64,000 nt of DNA from an uncultured Planctomycetales bacterium (GTDB taxonomy: Bacteria; Planctomycetota; Phycisphaerae; UBA1845; JAFGLZ01): the NCBI GenBank assembly GCA_964622545.1, contig CAZUQM010000022.1:40080-104079 (forward strand). The letters are read 5' to 3'. Shown one piece after another: positions 1 through 8,731 of this stretch. Below the pieces are notes generated by a model. It saw only the letters and a program-made list of their open reading frames with translations. It searched no databases and had not been told where the DNA came from. Positions within the stretch are counted from its first letter, which is position 1; every line of letters starts with the position of its first letter. A program made the translations under genes and the position numbers.

Positions 1-49
1 TGATGACCCCAGCCCAACGCGTCGAGTCCAAGAGCGTCCCGAGGCCGTC

Positions 50-1177
50 TCACCGCCCCTTCAACGGCCTGGGCGCCTCACCGTGCAGCTCAGTCATCCG
101 CTTCATGCAGGACCTGGTCGCGGCCGCGGCCGGGACGGCGCGGGCCTTCGTCTTGGCCGGATCGCCCTCGCCCAGCAAGGCCTGCGCGAACGTGCCCGGC
201 GTCAGGACCCACGACGTGCAGAGATGACCGAGCCAGCGGTCGGTCGCGTGCCTGTGGGCGTAGTCGATCAGCGACAGCGCCGCGTCGGTGTTCTTCCAAC
301 TCGCCGTCAGCACCCGAAAGCCCTTGTCCTGAAAGTGCGTGACCGAGCGGTAGGCCTTCTGCCGGCTGTAATGCCAATCGCAGAGGATGATATCCTTGGG
401 CACGCGGTCGATCGCCCCGGCCGTGCCGAGATGGCTGGCCTCCCAGCCTCGACCCATGTCGGCCGCCTTCGAGTCGAGCAGCCGATCGCCCCACATCAGC
501 ATCTCCAGTCCCCGCTTGCCGACGATATGGCCGTGCAGGTCGTTGACGCACCGGGCGAACAGCTCGGCCGGGTCCTTGCCCCGACACCGCGGGCATCGGT
601 CGCTGCCGATGACCAACACCTCGTCCATGCCGACGTGAAACGCGTCGGCCTCGAACGCGTCGATCAGCTCATCGAGGAGCGCAAAGACGATCGGGTTGAC
701 CTTCGGATGCAGCGGGCACCAGCTCTTGAGGGTCTTGGCGGCCTTGGCTGGGGGCAGGTCGGGTTTCTCCTCGAGCTCGGGATACTTGACCATCAGCGGA
801 AAGACCACGTTCTGCCTCACCCACGACTGATGGCCCAGGCAGTTGAACTGCGGGATGAGCCGGATGCGATGCTTTCGACAGAAGGCGGCCAGGTCGCGGG
901 CCTGCGCCTTCGTGATCATCGGCTCGTAGCGCAATTCCGGGTGCGAGGCGAACGCGAAGTTGTAGTCGACCTCGTAGACGATCACGTTCACGCCCAGCGG
1001 GACGAGCACCTCGGTGATGGCTCGCTTGAGCGGCGGGATGGCTGTCGGTCCGCCAGCCGGCCCCCAGGCCATGACGTGAACGCCCCGCCACGAGCCGGCT
1101 TTCGCAGCGCTCGAAACGGGCTCGGCGCCCAGCGTCGACAGCACGACCAACCCGCCCATGAGACAACCGTGAAGCAT
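50..1177 (-). CDS. Glycoside hydrolase family 20-like protein (beta-N-acetylhexosaminidase-type catalytic domain), secreted
   Basis: 375-aa ORF with hydrophobic N-terminus. NCLGHQSW and HVGMDEV (H-x-G-x-D-E) motifs are typical of the GH20 TIM-barrel active site. Confidence 0.6.
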   Translation of the reverse strand: MLHGCLMGGLVVLSTLGAEPVSSAAKAGSWRGVHVMAWGPAGGPTAIPPLKRAITEVLVPLGVNVIVYEVDYNFAFASHPELRYEPMITKAQARDLAAFCRKHRIRLIPQFNCLGHQSWVRQNVVFPLMVKYPELEEKPDLPPAKAAKTLKSWCPLHPKVNPIVFALLDELIDAFEADAFHVGMDEVLVIGSDRCPRCRGKDPAELFARCVNDLHGHIVGKRGLEMLMWGDRLLDSKAADMGRGWEASHLGTAGAIDRVPKDIILCDWHYSRQKAYRSVTHFQDKGFRVLTASWKNTDAALSLIDYAHRHATDRWLGHLCTSWVLTPGTFAQALLGEGDPAKTKARAVPAAAATRSCMKRMTELHGEAPRPLKGR

Positions 1178-1359
1178 GTCTGGAATCTCCGCGCCTAGCT
1201 TGGGTGTGGACCAGGCAAACCATGTGACACGACCGGGTGGCCCATCGCTTCAGCGGTGGGGGACACGAAGTCGCCCGGACCGGGATAGGGGCCGTCGCCG
1301 ACGGCAACCAGGCCCGGTCTCAGCCGCCGGGCAGCCGTCAGCCGGTCGAGACGCTCGTC

Positions 1360-1797
1360 CTATGCCAGCACCGACGTCTCGATCGCCTGCTCGCCCACCA
1401 CGTAGACCTTGAAGAGGAGCTGCATGAGTGCCAGCACGACCGGGATCGCCGTGATCGCCACCGACCACTCGGCCACCTTGCGGCCCAGGCGGTCGTCCTG
1501 CCGGCCGATGACCTCACAGATCAGCACCACCAGCATGACCAGCGTGAACTTGTAGACCACCATGCCCGGCACGCTCCATCGATCGATGACGGCCTCGGCG
1601 ATGGTGTTCAGCTCGAACCCGCCCGATGCGAGGATAACGCCCGTCAGCATGATGTCCAGTGAGGCCAGCAGGACATACCATACGTAGCAGTTCGGATACA
1701 GCACGGCCTGGCTCCAGCGCGAAGCGGATCTCCGCGGGGCCGGAACCACCCGATCACGGTCCAACCAGTTGCCGGGTTGTGTCGCGGGGCTGGTCAT
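1360..1797 (-). CDS. Small integral membrane protein (3-4 predicted TM helices), function unknown
   Basis: 145-aa ORF with several long hydrophobic segments and GC3-rich codon usage like neighbouring genes. No catalytic motif recognised. Confidence 0.5.
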   Translation of the reverse strand: MTSPATQPGNWLDRDRVVPAPRRSASRWSQAVLYPNCYVWYVLLASLDIMLTGVILASGGFELNTIAEAVIDRWSVPGMVVYKFTLVMLVVLICEVIGRQDDRLGRKVAEWSVAITAIPVVLALMQLLFKVYVVGEQAIETSVLA

Positions 1798-1886
1798 GGG
1801 CCTCCTCCTGGCTCATTATACGCGTGGGAGTGAGACCCGGACTACACAGACTCAGGCCACTTTCCGCGATCTGAGGAGACATACTT

Positions 1887-3941
1887 ATGTGCGCGACATG
1901 TTTGGACCGAATCGGCTGCGGCCTCCTCGTGGCCCTTCTGGCCGCGACCGCCCCGGCCGCCGAGCCTTCAGCCGACCGCTCGTCCGTCGAGCAGGTCATC
2001 CAGCGCGCCGGCAACCTCGAGTGCGACCTGGCCCGGCTCGAGCTGCTGCGCGAGCTCCGCAAACGCGACGACCTGCCCGACAGCCTCGAGGCCGACCTCG
2101 ACAAGGTCATCACGGAGATCCACCGCTACACGCACGACAAGAACCTGCCCTACTTCTCGCGCAAGACCTGGAAGAACAAAGACTACCCCTTCGGCATGGC
2201 CGCCGACGCGCCGCTCGAGCCGCTCACCTGGCTCTATCGCGGCAGGATGCTCTCGTGGCTCACCATGGAGATGGGCAACATCTGGTGCCAGCCGCCCGTG
2301 CGGCGGGAGTTCCTCGGCCGGGCCCGAAGCTTCTTCCAACGCTATGCCGAGCGCTTTCCCGAAAACCGCATCCCGCGGATGTACCTCGGCGAGCCGATCC
2401 CGCCGCACAAGCTCTACCCGCCCGTGCCCGGCGCCCCGGCCTGGGCCGTCTATCAGCGCGAGGCCCTCGAACGGCTCACCGACATCATCGAGTGGTGGAT
2501 CGACAACCGCATGCAAGCCGGCGGCGAGTTCGGCGGCGGATGGGGCGACGACTGCGAGATGTGGCGGTGGTGGTCACCCGTGCTCATCGGGTTCGACAGC
2601 CCGAAGATCGTTCGTGCCCAGGCCAGGTTCAGCGAGGCCTTGCTCAGCCAGCCCCACATGAAGGGCGGCTACACGTCCCACATGACCGACGTCGAACACT
2701 CGGGCGAGGACTCGTCCGACGCGATGACGCCCATGATGCAGCTCGACCCCGACAACCCCGACTGGGCCAAGCGGGCCCTGCGACTAGCCGAGCTGGCCGA
2801 AACGCTATGGATGGGCACGAACGAGCGCGGCCGGTTCATGTTCAAGAGCACCTTCTTCAACGTCAACAAGGTCGACACCACCCCCAAGAAGGCCTGCGAC
2901 TCGTGCTATCACGGCAAGGCCCTCCAGCCGACGCTCCTCTACTGGCAGCGCACCGGCGACAAGCGGCTCACCAAGCTCTTCACCGCCTGGATGGACACGT
3001 GGGTCGACGCGGCCAAGCGGAGCGAACGCGGCAAGCCGGCCGGCATCATCCCCAGCGCGATTCACTGGCCCGACGGGCGCGTCGGCGGTTTGCACGAAGA
3101 CTGGTGGGACCCGCACAACACCGGCGAGCCGACGCTCTACGAGTGGCCCAGCGCGCTCAGCATGATGACCAACATGCTCCTGCTGACCTTCCACATGACG
3201 GGGGACGAGAAGTACCTCGAGCCGATCCGGTCGATGGCCCGCATCCGCATGACGTACCTCGAGACGCGGCCCAAGTCGCCCGAGCCCGGCAGCGCGATGT
3301 GGTGCGGCGCGAAGCTCGGCGGGCTCGTCGGCGTGTTGGCCAAGTACCGCCTGGTCACCGGCAGCAAGGAGTTCGACGAACTGCTCAATGCCGAGCGCTC
3401 GCCCTACATGACGTTGCGGATGCAGGGCAGCAAGAGCGGGCTCAAGCTCGCCTTCCGCAACACGGCCGAGGCCCTGCGGGTCAACTGGCCCGGCTACACG
3501 AGCGAGGTCCGCTGGACCGACCGCGTGCTGCGGTTCCCCGCCTTGTTCGCAAGGGACCACATGTTCCCGCGCGACGTCGAGACGATCTTCCGCCCCGACA
3601 CCGGCCTGCTGTGGTCGACGGTGACGGGCGCGCCAGGCCGGCCGGGCTTCTTCCCCGTCAACGCGGTCCGCTGGCTGACGCCGCCGCGGGACATCGCCGC
3701 GCTCGTGACCGACTCGGGCAAGCACGGCTTCGCCGCCGAACTGTTCCACTTCGGCACCGAGCCCCGAAGGATGGCCGCCGAGCTGTACCTGCTGGACAAG
3801 GGCGACTACACGCTCACACTGCGAAGCCAGGGCCAGAAGAAGCCGGCGATCTCGAAGGCCGTCAAGGTGACCGGCGCGCGCACGCGGGTCGAGCTCGAGC
3901 TGCGGCCGCGAACGACGTGCGCGCTGCGCGTCCGCAGGTGA
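1887..3941 (+). CDS. Secreted hypothetical protein (684 aa), possibly a polysaccharide-active alpha/alpha-barrel-type enzyme
   Basis: Long ORF with signal peptide (LLVALLAATAPAAEP) and Trp-rich segments (WWIDNRMQAGGEFGGGWGDDCEMWRWW). No confident family assignment. Confidence 0.55.
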   Translation: MCATCLDRIGCGLLVALLAATAPAAEPSADRSSVEQVIQRAGNLECDLARLELLRELRKRDDLPDSLEADLDKVITEIHRYTHDKNLPYFSRKTWKNKDYPFGMAADAPLEPLTWLYRGRMLSWLTMEMGNIWCQPPVRREFLGRARSFFQRYAERFPENRIPRMYLGEPIPPHKLYPPVPGAPAWAVYQREALERLTDIIEWWIDNRMQAGGEFGGGWGDDCEMWRWWSPVLIGFDSPKIVRAQARFSEALLSQPHMKGGYTSHMTDVEHSGEDSSDAMTPMMQLDPDNPDWAKRALRLAELAETLWMGTNERGRFMFKSTFFNVNKVDTTPKKACDSCYHGKALQPTLLYWQRTGDKRLTKLFTAWMDTWVDAAKRSERGKPAGIIPSAIHWPDGRVGGLHEDWWDPHNTGEPTLYEWPSALSMMTNMLLLTFHMTGDEKYLEPIRSMARIRMTYLETRPKSPEPGSAMWCGAKLGGLVGVLAKYRLVTGSKEFDELLNAERSPYMTLRMQGSKSGLKLAFRNTAEALRVNWPGYTSEVRWTDRVLRFPALFARDHMFPRDVETIFRPDTGLLWSTVTGAPGRPGFFPVNAVRWLTPPRDIAALVTDSGKHGFAAELFHFGTEPRRMAAELYLLDKGDYTLTLRSQGQKKPAISKAVKVTGARTRVELELRPRTTCALRVRR

Positions 3942-4246
3942 GTCCCAGATGGACTTGCCGCCCAAAAGAGGCGAGGGGTTGCCCATCGGTTCACCTGTCC
4001 CGAACTCTGTTGAGCCAGCGGTGGGAGACGCGAATTCCGTCCCCAGACTTGGGGCCGCGTCCCGGTTTGCGGAATACCGAGGTGTCCAAACCGACAAGGC
4101 GTTGCGGTGCGGAATGCCTGTCGTCCGTCGCGGCGTAGCCCTGGCCAAGCCCGGTCGCTCCCGTGGCCCCACGTGCACGACGCGAGGCTCCTGTGAGACG
4201 GGGCGGTGCGAAGACGTGCGGCCGCTCCGGCGTGCCTGGTGGGTGC

Positions 4247-4282
4247 AAAGAGAAAGGCCCGCGGGAGGGTTCCCACGGGCCT
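4247..4282 (-). terminator. Rho-independent terminator downstream of csp, between convergent genes
   Basis: Stem AGGCCCGCGGGA (4255-4266) pairs with TCCCACGGGCCT (4271-4282), 11 of 12 bp, GGGT loop. On the minus strand it is followed by TTCTCTTT (complement of 4247-4254). Confidence 0.6.
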
Positions 4283-4334
4283 GTGGTTCTCACGCTAGCT
4301 CATCGCACAGGGCGTCGAACGCCTGCGCTCGCGG

Positions 4335-4535
4335 CTAGGACCTCCGCACGTTCGTCGCCTTCGGGCCCTTCTCGCCCTGGATGACGTCGAACTCCACGGA
4401 CTCGCCCTCCGTCAGCGACTTGTACCCGTCGCCTTGGATGTCGCTGTGGTGTACGAAGGCGTCGGTGCCGTCGTCACACTCCACAAATCCGAAACCCTTG
4501 CTGTCGTTAAACCACTTCACCTTACCGGTAGCCAT
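4335..4535 (-). CDS. cspA: Cold-shock protein, CspA family
   Basis: 66 aa. [12 protein letters not shown] (RNP1) and FVHHSDI (RNP2) motifs; typical length. Confidence 0.95.
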   Translation of the reverse strand: MATGKVKWFNDSKGFGFVECDDGTDAFVHHSDIQGDGYKSLTEGESVEFDVIQGEKGPKATNVRRS

Positions 4536-4748
4536 AGGCTGGCCCCTTCAACACTGGCATAGAGGGTTCGCGAAAGGCACGTAGGCAGGTTCAACATGTT
4601 CTCTGCGGGACAAGCCTCGGAGGCTGGAATTCTCGCAACGATGTGAGTCTACCTGATGGGCTCTGCAAACATGCCCGGCTGCCTCCCGGGCGTATCGGCG
4701 GCACGGGAAACCTATCCGCGATCCACCGCCGACCCTTCTAAGTCATGT

Positions 4749-4777
4749 ACGCTAGCAGCTCCCGGCTCCAGTGTCAA
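4749..4777 (-). promoter_or_regulatory. Candidate sigma70-type promoter for csp (TTGACA-N17-TAGCGT), implying a leader of about 205 nt
   Basis: The minus strand reads TTGACA (4777-4772), a 17-nt spacer, then TAGCGT (4754-4749). The site lies in the 345-bp gap upstream of csp. The same hexamer pair occurs upstream of the RRM gene. Confidence 0.4.
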
Positions 4778-4880
4778 TGGCCGGCGGTCAATGGGCTCCA
4801 AGACCGAAGAATCGATCCGCCGCCGCGACCACGGGCCGACCACGATTCAGCGACCCCTCGCCAGGACGGCGGGCTCGCTC

Positions 4881-6824
4881 TCAGCGGCTGAGCAGCGGTT
4901 TCGGCAAGGAACCGTTCGATTCGGGGAGCGGCTCGTCGGGGATAGCCGGATCCGACGGCGAGGTGCTTCGTCCTTGCCCATGCCCCGCGCCACATGCGGA
5001 TGGGGCGGGCAAGTCCTGAGTCGGCAGATGCCGGATCGACCAGTTGATCTCGTGTCCGGTTGCGACGTCGACCATCGGCACACGAGCCCGCTGCAGCCCG
5101 TCCCACACCACGACCGGACCCCGCCTCAGCTTCCGGGCCCATTCCCATAGCTTCGGCAGCGTCATCAGCAGCCCCACCTGACCGATGAGCTGGAACAGCA
5201 GATGCTTCGACTTGAGCAGAGGTCTGTCGCGGGACACGAGCACCCGCAGCGTGTTGAGGGGATTGTAGAAGCCGGCGTACGCCCGGAGGAGATTCGTCTG
5301 CCGTTGCCAGGGCCTGGGATGTCGGCTGGCCACGATGTGGTTGCCGTCCTGGTAAGCCTGAGGCACGGGTTGACCGCGCACCGTCCGGTAGAGCGTGCGA
5401 CCGATCGCGGCCGCCTCGAAGTCGCGCGTCCCGACGGCCGGTCCGAGGTACGTGCACTGGTACGAAACGGCACCCCGATCGAAGAGACAACGCGCCTGGT
5501 TCAACAACCCCGCCAGACTCCCAGGCTTCGAGCGCAAGGGCTGGTCGTCGCTGTGGATAACCATCGCCATCGGTTGGATGCCGATCTGGTGCATGGTGGC
5601 GAACAGCTCGGTGGTCTTGCCGACGCTCTGGCCCTTGTTGACGAGGTCCGCCGTCAGGTCCTCGATGCCGAACCAGATGGCGCTCAAGCCGCCCCTCTTG
5701 CACAAAGCAAGCAGATCCCGGTTCTTGTAGACGTCGCTCTGGGTCGCCTCGGTGTAGAAGTGGATTCGGTCGCCTAACGCGGCTCCTCCGGTCGTCGTTT
5801 TCGCGAGCTGGGTCATCAGGGCGACGACCGTCTCGCGTTCGTTGAAGAAGTTGTCGTCGGTACCGAAGAACTCCCGAATGCCGAAGCGCTCGTACAGGTG
5901 CTTGATCTCGGCCACAAACCGTTCAGGGCTCTTGTGACGCCACGTGCGTTGGTTCACCGCCGATATCGGACAGAAGGCACAACGGAACTTGCAGCCCTGC
6001 GTGGCGACGACGGACCCGATGGGAGAGCGCCTGGCCACCTGATGAGCGGGCAGGGGATCGGGTCGCAGCCCGCGGCCCCGATGCGGTGGTTCGAGTATCC
6101 TGTAGCCGGCGTCGGGCAAGGGCATCTCATCGAGGTCGCGCACGAGCCGTTGCACACCGGTGTTGACCGCCACCGGACGATCGGGCGTGGCCTCCTGTGA
6201 GAGGTAAACGAGCCCTGGAATCGACGCCAGATCTCCGCAGCGCCTGGCGGACTCGAAGGCCGAGAGCACCGACGATCCGCGCGCGTCGTGGTCCAGCACC
6301 TTCTCGAGCAGTTCCAGGAGCACGTAGACCTCGCCCGTCACGACGCAGTCGGCGCCGATGGTCGGGCCAGGTCCAAGCTCGAAGTAGTCCGTCGGTTCGT
6401 ACGTGGCCTTGGGACCGCCCGCGACGATCCAGGGCCTGGTGGACCCAAGTCGATGGGCGTCCCGAATCAGATCGAAGCCGGGCTCGGCGTGCACCTGCAT
6501 CCCGGACATGAGAAGCATGTCGAGAGGACGACCGTTCAGCCGGGCGTCGCTCGGCCGGAAGTTCGGCGTCCACTGCTGCAGGACGATTCGCAGGTGCTTG
6601 AAGCCGGCCGCATCGAGGACATCCCCGAGCGTCCGAACCGATGCCGGCGCCATCCTCTTGTCCGCATACCAATAGGGCAGCATGCGCGTTCGGAAGTCGA
6701 ACGGGTAAACAATCGCGATGCGCAGATCGTGAGCGTCCGATCGCCCGCGAAGTCGCGAGATGGCCCGACGCATGGAGTGGTCGGGCAAGAAGACCGTGTC
6801 GGACGGGCGGCAGGGGAGTTCCAC
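4881..6824 (-). CDS. B12-binding domain radical SAM protein with long C-terminal extension
   Basis: 647 aa. N-terminal Rossmann-like B12-binding region, then GCKFRCAFCP (CX3CX2C radical SAM cluster motif). Confidence 0.8.
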   Translation of the reverse strand: MELPCRPSDTVFLPDHSMRRAISRLRGRSDAHDLRIAIVYPFDFRTRMLPYWYADKRMAPASVRTLGDVLDAAGFKHLRIVLQQWTPNFRPSDARLNGRPLDMLLMSGMQVHAEPGFDLIRDAHRLGSTRPWIVAGGPKATYEPTDYFELGPGPTIGADCVVTGEVYVLLELLEKVLDHDARGSSVLSAFESARRCGDLASIPGLVYLSQEATPDRPVAVNTGVQRLVRDLDEMPLPDAGYRILEPPHRGRGLRPDPLPAHQVARRSPIGSVVATQGCKFRCAFCPISAVNQRTWRHKSPERFVAEIKHLYERFGIREFFGTDDNFFNERETVVALMTQLAKTTTGGAALGDRIHFYTEATQSDVYKNRDLLALCKRGGLSAIWFGIEDLTADLVNKGQSVGKTTELFATMHQIGIQPMAMVIHSDDQPLRSKPGSLAGLLNQARCLFDRGAVSYQCTYLGPAVGTRDFEAAAIGRTLYRTVRGQPVPQAYQDGNHIVASRHPRPWQRQTNLLRAYAGFYNPLNTLRVLVSRDRPLLKSKHLLFQLIGQVGLLMTLPKLWEWARKLRRGPVVVWDGLQRARVPMVDVATGHEINWSIRHLPTQDLPAPSACGAGHGQGRSTSPSDPAIPDEPLPESNGSLPKPLLSR

Positions 6825-7012
6825 GATCGCGGTCTCCTGGCTCGAAAGCGAGGCTCAGTGCTGCCTTTCAGTAAGGATCGCGACGACCTGTCCGAGCCGC
6901 CGGATTCATCCGGCGCGGCCGCGCGGCATGAATGCCGCGGCTCGAGCAGCAGCCCTGGCGTGTGCCCCCTGTCCATCGTCGCACGATTTGTGAAACGCAG
7001 CACTCAGCCAGG

Positions 7013-7204
7013 TCAATCGTCCTGCTGCGTGTCGGGGCTCGTCGGATCCGATGGTGCCTCGTGCAGTGTCGAGGCGTCGTCATGCCCGCGCTCGAAACGA
7101 CGTTCCCGTTTCTCGGCGGCCTGTTGCGCCTTCTTGCGCTGACGCTCGCGCTTTTTGAATTCCCGCTCCCGTTTTTGGCTGGTCTGCCTCTTTTTTGCGC
7201 TCAT
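7013..7204 (-). CDS. Small highly basic Lys/Arg/Glu-rich protein (63 aa)
   Basis: Internal ATG at 7204 preceded by GGAGA. Sequence is MSAKKRQTSQKREREFKKRERQRKKAQQAAEKRERRFERG followed by an acidic tail. The upstream part of the 106-aa ORF looks non-coding. Confidence 0.4.
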   Translation of the reverse strand: MSAKKRQTSQKREREFKKRERQRKKAQQAAEKRERRFERGHDDASTLHEAPSDPTSPDTQQDD

Positions 7205-7370
7205 AGAGTCTCCTCGATCACACGTGGTTTCGGCGAGAGGGCGCCCCATCTCGTGTGGTGTTCCAACCCAGAGACGAGACCCCGCAGACGTTCTCTTCAG
7301 CGAACGCCTCTCGCAGGCGACCAACGTGAACATCCTGTCTCTCTTGATCTGGCCCCACGTCCAGGCAGCC

Positions 7371-7649
7371 TCAGTCGCTGGCGTCTTCCTGGTCGCTGCC
7401 GCGTAGCGTCAGACCGGGCCCCTCCACGTCGAGAGTCTCGCCCTCCAGCAGCTCGGAGACTTGGGCGTCGAGAACCAACACGGTCCGGCCGCCATGCTGA
7501 AACGTCGTGTCACCCGGCTGCTCGTTGTCCGACTCCAGCCGTATCTCACCCCCGTCGTGGACCAGTCGAACGGCCACATCGTCGGGGAACTCCTTCTGAA
7601 CCAAGATCTCGGCCAGACGGGCGCTGGCTGCTTCGGTTACGGTAAACAT
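7371..7649 (-). CDS. HesB/IscA-like fold protein lacking the conserved cysteines (hypothetical)
   Basis: ATG at 7649 preceded by GGAGAT. The MFTVTEAASARLAEIL start resembles IscA/HesB N-termini, but the protein has no Cys residues. Confidence 0.4.
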   Translation of the reverse strand: MFTVTEAASARLAEILVQKEFPDDVAVRLVHDGGEIRLESDNEQPGDTTFQHGGRTVLVLDAQVSELLEGETLDVEGPGLTLRGSDQEDASD

Positions 7650-7718
7650 GATCGATCTCCTTCTAAGGGTGCTCCGGTTTAGCCTGGGACGGCTGTGCAT
7701 CACGTCCTACCATGGCGA

Positions 7719-8024
7719 CTACCAGCGGTCGCGACCCCCTCCGCCTCCGCGACGCCCACCTCCACCGCCGCTCTTCGGCCGCGGCTTGGCCTCGTTCACC
7801 TTGATCGATCGGCCGCCGATCTCCTTGCCGTCAAGGGCCGCGATGGCCGCCTCCGCCTCCGCGTTCGAGCTCATCTCGACGAACCCGAACCCCTTGCTCT
7901 GGCCTGTGTGCCGGTCCGCGATGACGTCCGCGCTGTCCACCGTCCCATGAGCCGCGAACAACTCTTCGAGGTCCGCGCTGCTGATGTCGTAACCGAGGTT
8001 ACCAACGTACAGTTTCCTACCCAT
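7719..8024 (-). CDS. RRM-type RNA-binding protein with C-terminal RGG tail
   Basis: 101 aa from the ATG at 8024 (RBS GGAGAG). RNP2 LYVGNL, RNP1 KGFGFVEM, and a GGGGGRRGGGGGR tail. Confidence 0.9.
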   Translation of the reverse strand: MGRKLYVGNLGYDISSADLEELFAAHGTVDSADVIADRHTGQSKGFGFVEMSSNAEAEAAIAALDGKEIGGRSIKVNEAKPRPKSGGGGGRRGGGGGRDRW

Positions 8025-8442
8025 GTTGACTCTCCTGGTCGCCCGGTGAACCCGGGATGCGAGTGTCCACGTACGCCTCGATCGGGAACGACCGAGGCCC
8101 CACTGATCGCAGTGGCCCACGCCCACGCCTCGGGACCGACAACACGTCATCCCCGAGGAGACCTTCTCGCCTCGGAGTGTGGCAACGCGCGGCGCGTGCC
8201 GTGGCCGGGTCAAGACAGGGCGGATGCTCTCGAACGTCTGGGGACTTCGCGGGGAGGGCCGTGAGACCTCCTCATTCATCGACACCAACCGACAAGGAGA
8301 CAAACCCGCCACGCGGTCCCTGCTGCTTCACATCTCGAATCGAGTCTCAGTGATCAGTCCAGATCGGGAGGAAGTTCCCACGCGGTCAACGCGGAAAGTT
8401 GCTCAAGAAGGAGCGATCAGAAAGGATCGACACACCTGAATA

Positions 8443-8471
8443 ACGCTACCAATCAGCATCACCGATGTCAA
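8443..8471 (-). promoter_or_regulatory. Candidate sigma70-type promoter for the RRM gene (TTGACA-N17-TAGCGT), implying a leader of about 410 nt
   Basis: The minus strand reads TTGACA (8471-8466), a 17-nt spacer, then TAGCGT (8448-8443). Hexamers are identical to the csp candidate promoter. Confidence 0.4.
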
Positions 8472-8731
8472 GTACGACCGCGGTTCAGGCACGCGAGAGC
8501 GGAACATGACAGCGTGGGCGTGGGCTCATGCCAGCGGAAAGCAACCGAGCTGTGCCGGCTCCCGCGTCGTAGCCCCTGACCTGCGAACCGATGGCGAAGC
8601 CACGGGAGGGCGAGGCTTCCGCCGAGCCGCAACGTTGGAGATGGAGTGCGAACGGGTGGCCGATCGCTTCAGGTGGGGGACCTCAACGCCCGCGCTGCCC
8701 GCGGCGCCCGGCCGTATCACCCGGCCGCACC

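Noticed and set aside
1769-4138. 789-aa plus-strand ORF overlapping the 1887-3941 gene in another frame
   Set aside because: It is extremely Arg/Pro/Ala/Gly-rich low-complexity translation, typical of off-frame reading of high-GC coding DNA. The 684-aa frame has a signal peptide and normal composition.
3949-4246. Possible degenerate copy of the dispersed repeat (GGAGACGCGA, GGTTGCCCA fragments) in the gap after the 1887-3941 gene
   Set aside because: Similarity is limited to matches of about 10 nt, and the characteristic AAGGAGCGTTGC core is absent.
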